From positions 1,920,001-1,952,000 of the forward strand of contig NC_014033.1 in assembly GCF_000025925.1 (NCBI RefSeq): DNA of 32,000 bases, in the 5' to 3' direction. The translations under genes were made by a program, and so were the position numbers. The stretch's first letter is position 1, and each line of letters begins with the position of its first letter. The notes under the pieces were generated by a model, which saw nothing but the letters and a program-made list of their open reading frames with translations, was not told where the DNA came from and made no database searches. Positions 1 to 8,181 of this stretch are shown here, piece after piece. The stretch is from Xylanibacter ruminicola 23. Its GTDB lineage: Bacteria; Bacteroidota; Bacteroidia; Bacteroidales; Bacteroidaceae.

Positions 1-748
1 GCGATACAAACACGTGGTCGATACGACTGGCGGTCTTCAATTCAGGATCCCAGCTGTTAAAGGTACCGTTCTCGGCAAAGCGGAACTGCGCCTTCTCAAA
101 GCTGTCGTCCAATACACCCGACTGTGTAAAGATACCATAAATCTCGTTAGTCTGATCCACATTAAAGTCACCTGTCAGCACCACGGGCTTACCCTTAGCA
201 ATCTCTTTGATACGCTGCACCACCAGTTTAGCACCCTCACGACGGGCCACAGTACCTACGTGGTCCATGTGCAGATTAAAGTAATAGAACTTCAGGCTGG
301 TACCCTTGAGTTTAAAATAGCCCCACGAGCAGATACGCACACAAGCAGCATCCCAACCCAAACCAGGCTTCTCAGGGGTTTCCGACAACCAGAAGTCGCC
401 GTGATCCAACAGTTTGATTTTGTTACGGTCGTAGAAGATGTTTGAGTGCTCGCCAGCATGCTTACCATCATCGCGACCTAAACCGATACAGTCGTAATCG
501 GTCAGTTGCTTTAATAAGTCCTGACGCTGCGACTCCAATACCTCCTGAGCACCAAAGATGTCCGGATGCTCAAACAGTATCTGACCGCACAATACCGGCA
601 TGCGCTGCTGCCAGGCATTACCTGCTTTGGCATCGCCGTCGTTCTGATAACGAATGTTGTAACTGCCCACGTAAAGTTCCTGGGCCTGTGTAGTAATGCT
701 GGCTGCCATCATCATGGCAACCAGCATAAGTTTACTGAATACTTTCAT
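1..748 (-). CDS. endonuclease/exonuclease/phosphatase (EEP) family secreted protein; the 3' end runs off the window
   Basis: Absent from the ORF track because no stop lies in the window. My reverse-strand translation from the ATG at 746-748 reads MKVFSKLMLVAMMMAASITTQAQELYVGSYNIRYQ...VLTGDFNVDQ...SRIDHVFVS. This shows a signal peptide plus EEP-like motifs. Confidence 0.75.
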   Translation of the reverse strand, partial: MKVFSKLMLVAMMMAASITTQAQELYVGSYNIRYQNDGDAKAGNAWQQRMPVLCGQILFEHPDIFGAQEVLESQRQDLLKQLTDYDCIGLGRDDGKHAGEHSNIFYDRNKIKLLDHGDFWLSETPEKPGLGWDAACVRICSWGYFKLKGTSLKFYYFNLHMDHVGTVARREGAKLVVQRIKEIAKGKPVVLTGDFNVDQTNEIYGIFTQSGVLDDSFEKAQFRFAENGTFNSWDPELKTASRIDHVFVS

Positions 749-787
749 TAGTAGCGTTTAATTATTTGTGTAAATGAATTGAATAAA

Positions 788-2362
788 TTATCTGTTCGAT
801 TCTACTTCGGCACGCTTTGCACGATAGTAACGATCCACGAAATCAATCTGCTCACGGTTGGGCACATTAATCAGCGATGCACCATTGCTGAACTGCATAG
901 TGGTTGGCTTGCTCTCGTCGAAGGTTGGCCAGTAAGGCAGCCCCTTACCGTTAGGATTACCCGTCTTGGCAAAGTTCACCCAGTACTGCTGAATGATTTC
1001 GGCCAGAGCACTCTCGGTAGGATACTTCTGAGGTTGGTCGAGGAACATACCGTTCAGGTACATGATATCATCGGCATGAGCCACACCCTTACGACGCGGA
1101 TCACGTGAAAAACTCATCTCCGAAGGCTGAGCCAGATAAGCCGCATAAGCCGCACTCTTACCAGTCTTGGCCTGCAAGCTAACCCATGCATACGATGGCC
1201 ATGCAAAGCCCATATCACGGAAGGCATCGCCAAAGCCGTGCCAAGCCTCGTCGTTGGTAGCACCAGGATAGAACTTCAATGCCTCGTCGGCCCAAGCACC
1301 AAAAATGCTCTTCAGCGTTTTCTGATAGTCCTCGGCAGTAATGTTACCTGGGGCAAACAGCGCACCCTCGTCGCTATTGGTCATCACGATTACAGGCACA
1401 TCGTTATACTCGCCGCGCTCATACATACGATACTGGTCGTCGCAAATCACGTAACCATCCACGCAAGGCCAGAAACCAGCAAAGCCCACGTTACCATCGC
1501 ACAGTGCCATGGCATCCATGGCACGCAGCTGCTTCAGATTCTTTTTCTTCAGATGCTTCATAAAGGCCACACCCTGCTGCTCGGCACCCTTCTGCGAGGC
1601 ATCAAGTCCTAACGAACGTGGCGCATCGCTCCAAGGCGCAAACGAGCCACCGCTATGACTGATACAACGATGGAACAAACCACGTGCCAAAGGCGATGCA
1701 CACAGCATGCTACAGCTGATGGCACCAGCACTCTCACCAAAGATGGTTACCTGATCAGGATCGCCACCAAACTGGGCAATGTTACGCTGTACCCACTGCA
1801 GGGCATAAATCTGGTCTAACAATCCGTAGTTACCCGAATGGCCGTCTTTGCTTTCCTTAGTCAGTTCGGGATGGGCCATAAAGCCTAAGGCACCTGTACG
1901 GTACTCGATGCTCACGATCACTACACCACGCAGTGCCAGGTGCTTCCACAGGTCGCCACCATACCACTCGGTCTGGAAACCGCCACCGTGAATCCATACC
2001 ATCACAGGCAGTTTGTCGTTTACGGTCTTAGCTGGTGTGGCAATACCCAGATACAGGCAGTCCTCGCTCATCATATCGGCCGTACGACCAGGACGTGTGG
2101 GCTGAGGAGGCATTTTTCCAAACTCATCGCACACGCGTACACCCTCCCAGGCCTTGGCAGGCTGTGGAGCGCGCCAACGCAGATTACCAACAGGAGGTGC
2201 TGCGTATGGGATGGCCTTATACACGGCCAGTCCATCGTCCAGTACACCTTGTACATCACCAGTCTCTACATGTGTTGCCAACAGCGGTTGAGCCTCAGCA
2301 ACAAAGCTGGTTGCCATCACAACAGCAACCAGCATCAGTCTTCTAAGTAACACTTTCATCAC
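788..2362 (-). CDS. type-B carboxylesterase/lipase (para-nitrobenzyl esterase-like), secreted
   Basis: 524-aa ORF with an N-terminal signal peptide (MMKVLLRRLMLVAVVMATSFVAEAQ). It has the HGGGF oxyanion motif and the GESAGA nucleophile-elbow motif. Confidence 0.9.
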   Translation of the reverse strand: MMKVLLRRLMLVAVVMATSFVAEAQPLLATHVETGDVQGVLDDGLAVYKAIPYAAPPVGNLRWRAPQPAKAWEGVRVCDEFGKMPPQPTRPGRTADMMSEDCLYLGIATPAKTVNDKLPVMVWIHGGGFQTEWYGGDLWKHLALRGVVIVSIEYRTGALGFMAHPELTKESKDGHSGNYGLLDQIYALQWVQRNIAQFGGDPDQVTIFGESAGAISCSMLCASPLARGLFHRCISHSGGSFAPWSDAPRSLGLDASQKGAEQQGVAFMKHLKKKNLKQLRAMDAMALCDGNVGFAGFWPCVDGYVICDDQYRMYERGEYNDVPVIVMTNSDEGALFAPGNITAEDYQKTLKSIFGAWADEALKFYPGATNDEAWHGFGDAFRDMGFAWPSYAWVSLQAKTGKSAAYAAYLAQPSEMSFSRDPRRKGVAHADDIMYLNGMFLDQPQKYPTESALAEIIQQYWVNFAKTGNPNGKGLPYWPTFDESKPTTMQFSNGASLINVPNREQIDFVDRYYRAKRAEVESNR

Positions 2363-2373
2363 TTGTTTAATTA

Positions 2374-3513
2374 TTATTTTTTAGTTGTTGTACATTCATT
2401 TACCAGATACACAATACTCATATAAGGTATGCCTGTGTTCGATTCGAGACCAATCTCACAGGTACGACTGTTAGAGTAGCCCACCTCGATATGGTTAGCC
2501 TCAATCTGTGGGCGCAGCTTGCGCAATCCGTACTTATTCAGCTCTGGGAAGGTAAAGCCTCTGTCGCCAGCAAAGCCGCAACACCCCACACCCTCGGGTA
2601 GGAACACGTTGTTTGAGCACAGCTTAGCCAAAGCTATCATATCCTTATCTACACCCATCTGTCGGGTAGAACACGTCAGGTGCAGTGCTATATGACGGTC
2701 GATAGGATGGAAATCCAATCGAGGTACCAGGAACTTCATAATAAACTCGGCAGGCTCGTAGAGGTGCATCTTATGCATCACCTTCTTCATACGGTGCAGA
2801 CACGGACTCTGGGCGCACAGCACAGGATACTTACCCTCCTCGCTGGCTTTCCACAGGGCTGCCTCCAGTTCGGCACTCTTACGGTCGGCAATATCCAGCA
2901 TACCCTTACTCTCCCATATCTGGCCACAGCACATACGCTCCATGCCCTCTGGGAAGATTACCTCGTAGCCAGCCTTAGCCATCAACTGTATCACCTCATC
3001 CACCAGGTCGTGAATCTTGCCACCACTCTTCGACTGTCCCATGGTCTGATTGATACAGCTGGGGAAGTAAACCACCTTTGAACATTGAACATTCTTGCCT
3101 TGCAAGCCAGCAGAGCTGGAGCGGAACATTGAACATTGAACATTTTTATCTTCTGTTTGCGCAGCAGAATGGTCAATGGTCAACGGTGAATGGTCAATGG
3201 AATTAATGATAAACTGCGTCAGGTCGCTCTTCTTGGGCTGGCGATGCTTCTTAGGCATAGCGGTAGTCCAGAGTGGCAGGCCCATCTTGTTCATCGTACG
3301 ACATACGGTAGTCATCAGTGTCGGACCGAGTGTGACGTGTGCGGCATGTGCCACGTCGAGCACTACGCGCAGTCCGCTCTTGATGCCCGCCATATGCTTG
3401 GATGCATAATCACCCACCCAGTAGCCCAACGGACGTGTGTTCATGTCCAGTTGTCGTATCAGGTGCGTCAGCTCGCCTGTGTTTATCTTCATGGGGCATG
3501 ACGTTGAACACAA
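2374..3513 (-). CDS. cysteine-rich (CCG-type) C-terminal fragment of the same Dld-II/YdiJ-family oxidase
   Basis: It is in the same frame as 3568..5547, since 3570-3513=57. CCG-like motifs are present (MCCGQ, GCCGFAG). There is no credible independent start, because the ORF-track start is a TTG inside the Fe-S motif. It carries an in-frame repeat insertion. Confidence 0.7.
   Translation of the reverse strand: MCSTSCPMKINTGELTHLIRQLDMNTRPLGYWVGDYASKHMAGIKSGLRVVLDVAHAAHVTLGPTLMTTVCRTMNKMGLPLWTTAMPKKHRQPKKSDLTQFIINSIDHSPLTIDHSAAQTEDKNVQCSMFRSSSAGLQGKNVQCSKVVYFPSCINQTMGQSKSGGKIHDLVDEVIQLMAKAGYEVIFPEGMERMCCGQIWESKGMLDIADRKSAELEAALWKASEEGKYPVLCAQSPCLHRMKKVMHKMHLYEPAEFIMKFLVPRLDFHPIDRHIALHLTCSTRQMGVDKDMIALAKLCSNNVFLPEGVGCCGFAGDRGFTFPELNKYGLRKLRPQIEANHIEVGYSNSRTCEIGLESNTGIPYMSIVYLVNECTTTKK
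3079..3203. repeat. composite heptamer-array element inside the oxidase CDS
   Basis: TGAACAT x2 (3079-3092), a spacer holding two short palindromes, GAACAT+TGAACAT x2 (3124-3143), a second spacer, then ATGGTCA ATGGTCA ACGGTGA ATGGTCA ATGG (3169-3200). The arrays are mutually inverted. Confidence 0.9.
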
Positions 3514-3567
3514 GCCATCGGTAGCACAGGTCTGATCGCCATAGTACTTATACTGCTTCTGCAGGCG

Positions 3568-5469
3568 CTACAGGCGCTCGTCGTCCTCACCAGTCTTAAT
3601 CAGATGACAAATCTCGCGCTGTACGGCAATACGCATACGAGAAGATAGTGTGAGTCCGCACGACATACAGTTAACCTCGCAGAATCCGCACTCAATACAC
3701 TTGTTGGCACGCTTCACCTGCTCGATGGTTTCCTTGGCTGTACTCAGCTTGTGATCCATCAGGTAGTGTCCGCCATCAGGCACACTCTTGAAGTCGTAAT
3801 CCAACTCTGGCAGCGGCTTCAGACACTTGATAAAGCAGTCGGGATCGTCGTTGAATATCACACCCTGGTTCAGCAGTCCGTTCGGGTCGAAAATAGCCTT
3901 CAGCTCCTTCATCACCTCGTAGGCATTCTCGCCCCACTCGTACTTCACAAATGGTGCCATATTGCGACCCGTACCGTGCTCGGCCTTCAAACTGCCGTCG
4001 TAGCCCTCTACCACCAGCTTGGCCACATCGCGCATCATCTCGGCATAACGGGCCACCTCGTGCTCATCGGCAAAGCTCTGATTCAGAATAAAGTGATAGT
4101 TACCCTCGAACGCATGACCGTAGATACATGCATCGTCGTAGCCATGATCGGCTATCAGCTTCTGCAACTTCACGGTAGCCTCAGGCAGACTCTCGATGGG
4201 GAATGCCACATCCTCAATCAGGCACGAGGTGCCTACCGGACGTGTACCGCCTACCGATGGGAATATACCGCTACGGATGGCCCAGTACTTACCGTACACA
4301 GCCGGATCCTCGGTAAACTCGGCAGGAATATAGAGTTTGAATGGACCTAAGCACTCCTTAATCTTCTCGATCTTCAACAGCAGCTGATCGTGGGTAATAC
4401 CCTTGGTCTCGGTCAGTATAGCCGTTAAGTTATGGTAATCGCCAGGCTGCACGCCCTCAATCTTACCGGCATCCACATCCTGCTTATACTGCAGATAAAC
4501 GGGATCATCAACCGATGATAGCGACTTATAGTCGAGCATCTCGGCACTCTTCACCATCAGGTTCTCGGCGCTCATCTCCAGGTCTTCGTCGCCAGCCTTC
4601 AGCTTCTTCATAGCCACCACAGCCTCGCAACTCTCCTTCATGGTCATAAAGTAAACCATGGCCGATGCCTTGAACGGATAGTCCTTCAGTGTTTTCATCG
4701 TTACCTCCGACAGGAAGGCCAGTGTACCCTCGCTACCTACGATAGAGTGTGCGATGATATCAAACGGGTCGTCGTAAGCCACCAGTGGGCGCAGATTCAA
4801 ACCCGTTACATTCTTAATACTGTATTTCTTGGTAATGCGATTAGTCAGCTCCTGGTCGGCACGTACCTTGTCACGCAGTGCCTCGATCTTAGAGATAAAA
4901 TCAGGATGTTGTTTCTTGAATGCTTCGCGACTCACCGGGTCGCCAGTATCCAGTACCGTACCATCCGTCAGGATGATACGCGCCGATAGCAGCATACGGT
5001 CGCTATTGGCATGCACGCCGCAGTTCATACCCGAGGCATTGTTTACCACGATACCACCTACCATGGCAGCACCGATAGATGCCGGATCGGGTGGGAACAC
5101 ACGTCCGTATGGCTTCAGTATCTGATTAACCCTCGCCCCCACTATACCAGGTTGCAGCTTGATGCTCTCGGCTGTATCCGAAAGCATATACTTCTCCCAA
5201 TGCTTGCCAGCCACAATGAGCACGCTGTCGGTACAGCTCTGTCCCGAGAGCGATGTGCCAGCAGCACGGAAGGTAAAGGGCAGTTTATACTTGTCGCACA
5301 ACTGTACAATCTTTGATATCTCGGCCTCACCATCACTACGAAGCACTACCTTCGGAATCTGGCGATAAAAACTGGCGTCGGTACCCCAACCTAAGGTACG
5401 TAGCTCGTCGGTGTAAATGCGCTCGGCAGGCATGAATCGCCGAAGTTCTGATAAGAATTCGTTTAGCAT
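3568..5469 (-). CDS. FAD-binding oxidase / 4Fe-4S N-terminal fragment of a Dld-II (YdiJ-family) D-lactate/2-hydroxyacid dehydrogenase, ended by an in-frame TAG
   Basis: The ORF shows FAD-binding PCMH-type and FAD-linked oxidase C-terminal features plus CIECGFCEVNC. The likely start is the ATG at 5469 (MLNEFLSELRRF), downstream of a TATATTTG box at 5508-5515. The TAG at 3568-3570 is followed in frame by the next fragment. Confidence 0.8.
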   Translation of the reverse strand: MLNEFLSELRRFMPAERIYTDELRTLGWGTDASFYRQIPKVVLRSDGEAEISKIVQLCDKYKLPFTFRAAGTSLSGQSCTDSVLIVAGKHWEKYMLSDTAESIKLQPGIVGARVNQILKPYGRVFPPDPASIGAAMVGGIVVNNASGMNCGVHANSDRMLLSARIILTDGTVLDTGDPVSREAFKKQHPDFISKIEALRDKVRADQELTNRITKKYSIKNVTGLNLRPLVAYDDPFDIIAHSIVGSEGTLAFLSEVTMKTLKDYPFKASAMVYFMTMKESCEAVVAMKKLKAGDEDLEMSAENLMVKSAEMLDYKSLSSVDDPVYLQYKQDVDAGKIEGVQPGDYHNLTAILTETKGITHDQLLLKIEKIKECLGPFKLYIPAEFTEDPAVYGKYWAIRSGIFPSVGGTRPVGTSCLIEDVAFPIESLPEATVKLQKLIADHGYDDACIYGHAFEGNYHFILNQSFADEHEVARYAEMMRDVAKLVVEGYDGSLKAEHGTGRNMAPFVKYEWGENAYEVMKELKAIFDPNGLLNQGVIFNDDPDCFIKCLKPLPELDYDFKSVPDGGHYLMDHKLSTAKETIEQVKRANKCIECGFCEVNCMSCGLTLSSRMRIAVQREICHLIKTGEDDERL

Positions 5470-5507
5470 AGGGCGCTTGGGTTTAGTTATACTTCGATTT
5501 TTGTGAG

Positions 5508-5515
5508 CAAATATA
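5508..5515 (-). promoter_or_regulatory. Bacteroidetes-type -7 box (TATATTTG) for the oxidase gene
   Basis: The reverse complement of caaatata matches TAnnTTTG. It lies 38 nt upstream of the ATG at 5469. Confidence 0.45.
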
Positions 5516-5608
5516 CAAAATTTTTCGATATCACCACACTTTTTCAACGTTTTTTTGACTCTTTTGATTTTTTCACAAAAAAATCGTGGTACGTATCAAA
5601 AGTTTTCG

Positions 5609-5616
5609 TATATTTG
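5609..5616 (+). promoter_or_regulatory. -7 box (TATATTTG) for lactate permease
   Basis: Matches TAnnTTTG, 41 nt upstream of the ATG at 5658. Confidence 0.45.
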
Positions 5617-5657
5617 TCGGCAGAACTTATATAAATATTCACTAACACTAAAATCCT

Positions 5658-7262
5658 ATGTCAGCATTAGTATCTGCTATCCCTATTCTGTTACTCATTG
5701 TATTAATGATGGGTTTCAAGGTATCTGGCTACAAGAGCGCTATCGTTACGCTGATTGTAACCGTTGTATTGGCACTGTTCGCAGCACCAGCCTTAGGCAT
5801 TGTGCCCGAGAAGTATGCACAGGCAAGCATTGTTGGCATCACGCTATGGTCGGTAGTCGAGGGACTGCTCAAGGCCTGCTTCCCTATCATACTTATTATT
5901 ATATGTGCGATATTCAGTTATAACATCCTTTGCGAAACCAAGGAGATCGAGACGATTAAAACGCAGTTTATCCAGATGACCTCGGATAAAGGTCTGCTGG
6001 TACTGCTGCTTACATGGGGTCTTGGTGGTGTGCTCGAAGGTATGGCAGGCTTTGGTACGGCTGTGGCCATCCCGGCAGCCATCCTGATTGGCTTAGGTTT
6101 CAAGCCCATGTTCTCGGCTGTAATCTGTTTGATTGCCAACACCGTAGCTGTAGGCTTTGGTGCTGTGGGATTGCCCGCCACCACACTGGCCAACCAGGTT
6201 GCTGCCAGCGGTACCGCTACCCCCGAGGAGCTTTGCGAGGTAGCCACCTTTATTATCCTGCAGCTGTCGCTCATGTTCTTTATCACCCCGTTCCTTATCC
6301 TAATGCTTACCGATAAGACCAAGGTTGTCAAGAACATCTGCATTGCATTGTTTGTGGGTTCGTTCTCTATTATCGTGCAGTTCTGCTGTGCCCACTTTAT
6401 CGGTCCTGAGACACCAGCCATTCTGGGTTCGGTAGCCGCCATCGCCGCCATGCTGATTTACAACAAGCTGTTTATACACGATGAGAATCCTAATGACGAG
6501 GTGAAGGTTGAGAAGAAGAACTTCGGTCTGGTTAAAACGCTCAAGGCCTGGAGTGTTTACGGTTTGATTATCTTCTTCATCCTGATCAGTAGTAAGATTG
6601 TGCCTCCTGTTAACGAGCTGTTGGGTAGTACACTGGTTACCAAGTTCGAACTGCCCGTTATTGGCAACACCTTTAAGTTTGGCTGGCTGTCGAATGCCGG
6701 ACTGATGATTTTCCTGGGTGCTGTGATTGGCGGATTGATTCAGGGCATGAGTATCGGTGCCTTGCTGAAACTGCTGGCCAAGACCACACTGAACCTGCAG
6801 AAGACGGTGGTTACCATCTGCTGTCTGGTGGCCATGGCTATGCTCATGAACAATGTAGGTATGACTAACGATATCGCTAAGGGTCTGGTAATGCTTACCG
6901 GCGTGGCCTTCCCATTCTTTGCACCGCTCATCGGTTCTATCGGTACGTTTGTTACAGGTAGTGCCACCAACGCCAACATTCTGTTTGGTAAGCTGCAGGC
7001 CACTGCCGCTACCGACTTAGGATTGGTTAACCAGGGCACTTTCTTTGGTGTGAGTGGTAGCGAGACCAACTGGCTTGCTGCAGCCAACTGTGCCGGTTCC
7101 GAAGGTGGTAAGCTGCTGTCGCCACAAAGTATCGCCATCGCAACCGCAGCATGTGATATGGAGGGTCAGGATGGCGATATTATGCGTAAGACCATGCCGT
7201 TCGCTATCTTCTGGATACTGATGAACGGCCTGATGGTATTCTTAGGCTTGCACGTTATTTAG
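5658..7262 (+). CDS. lctP: L-lactate permease (LctP family)
   Basis: 534-aa polytopic membrane protein with LctP-family length and sequence character. It is divergent from a Dld-II-type oxidase, which is the classic lactate-utilisation pairing. Confidence 0.9.
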   Translation: MSALVSAIPILLLIVLMMGFKVSGYKSAIVTLIVTVVLALFAAPALGIVPEKYAQASIVGITLWSVVEGLLKACFPIILIIICAIFSYNILCETKEIETIKTQFIQMTSDKGLLVLLLTWGLGGVLEGMAGFGTAVAIPAAILIGLGFKPMFSAVICLIANTVAVGFGAVGLPATTLANQVAASGTATPEELCEVATFIILQLSLMFFITPFLILMLTDKTKVVKNICIALFVGSFSIIVQFCCAHFIGPETPAILGSVAAIAAMLIYNKLFIHDENPNDEVKVEKKNFGLVKTLKAWSVYGLIIFFILISSKIVPPVNELLGSTLVTKFELPVIGNTFKFGWLSNAGLMIFLGAVIGGLIQGMSIGALLKLLAKTTLNLQKTVVTICCLVAMAMLMNNVGMTNDIAKGLVMLTGVAFPFFAPLIGSIGTFVTGSATNANILFGKLQATAATDLGLVNQGTFFGVSGSETNWLAAANCAGSEGGKLLSPQSIAIATAACDMEGQDGDIMRKTMPFAIFWILMNGLMVFLGLHVI

Positions 7263-8055
7263 CAGGCTGCAGGTACCAGCGTACCGTCCAGCTTAGCTCA
7301 GCACCGGGAGCCAGGGTTGTATAAGCACCTTGGCTCTCGAGTTCTATATAGGTCTTGCCACGGTTCACGTACACCTGAATCTCGGCCTCACCAGGAGCAG
7401 GCTCATCAGCCTTCAGGTCGGCAAACTTCTTGGTCAGCACCAGTCCGTTGTTCTCGTAGCTCAGCCAGCCCTTACCGTCGGCATTCACCTTACGGTTCTG
7501 CTGGGCCTCGTCGGCAGCATAGCAAGCCACTCCGTCTTTCTGCTCAAAGTTCATCAAGCCAGCAGGCCAGATGCTCTCCACAGGGGCATCAAACTTAATC
7601 ACACCGGCATTAGGCACACGGGTAATCTCCCAAGGAGCCACTTTACGTTCCTCACCACTCTCGTTTATGATCGAATAGGTAATCACAATGGCACCATCCT
7701 TCTTGTCGGTACTGAAGTCCTTGCGCACACGGTACTTCAGCTTCTCCGATACCGGACTGGTCATCACCAGATGCCCGTCTTTCTCTACCACCTCGTACAC
7801 GCCCTTGTCGAGTTCGAATACGGGAGGCCAGTTCCACTCCTTCTGCGGACTTGTCCAGAAGGTGCTACCGAAGCTTTCGGGCCACCTGAGCTGCGAAATA
7901 ACTTCCTGATCCTGATACTTGAGCGACGTGATTTTAGCGCCCTTTTCGGGGGTGATGGTCATGGTTACATCACCAATCTTCACCTCTTTGGTCTGAGCCA
8001 TAGCAGCCGATGACATGAGCAGGGCTACAGCCGAAAGCATTACAATTCGTTTCAT
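7255..8055 (-). CDS. secreted protein, DUF4380-like (aldose-epimerase-like beta-sandwich), function unknown
   Basis: The ORF is 7255..8094. The preferred start is the ATG at 8055 (MKRIVMLSAVALLMSSAAMAQ signal peptide). The family assignment is from memory of similar Bacteroidetes proteins. Confidence 0.6.
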   Translation of the reverse strand: MKRIVMLSAVALLMSSAAMAQTKEVKIGDVTMTITPEKGAKITSLKYQDQEVISQLRWPESFGSTFWTSPQKEWNWPPVFELDKGVYEVVEKDGHLVMTSPVSEKLKYRVRKDFSTDKKDGAIVITYSIINESGEERKVAPWEITRVPNAGVIKFDAPVESIWPAGLMNFEQKDGVACYAADEAQQNRKVNADGKGWLSYENNGLVLTKKFADLKADEPAPGEAEIQVYVNRGKTYIELESQGAYTTLAPGAELSWTVRWYLQPAK

Positions 8056-8165
8056 ACTTATAGTTGATAATGATTTTTTTGATGTTAGACGCACGCCAAG
8101 GGCAAAAGTTAAGCCTCATTATAGTTCGTTAACGTTAGTTGTTTTGTTTTGTGCGCGCTTAATCG

Positions 8166-8173
8166 TACCTTTG
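8166..8173 (+). promoter_or_regulatory. -7 box (TACCTTTG) only 8 nt before the MFS start codon
   Basis: Matches TAnnTTTG. The context is TTTGCACCCGAAATG. Confidence 0.45.
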
Positions 8174-8181
8174 CACCCGAA

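Noticed and set aside
3568-3570. The in-frame TAG as programmed recoding (pyrrolysine or read-through) or evidence of an alternative genetic code.
   Set aside because: Another gene in the window terminates with TAG (the TPR kinase, stop at 25903-25905), nothing in the window suggests Pyl machinery, and no downstream recoding structure is obvious. A nonsense mutation or base-call error is simpler.
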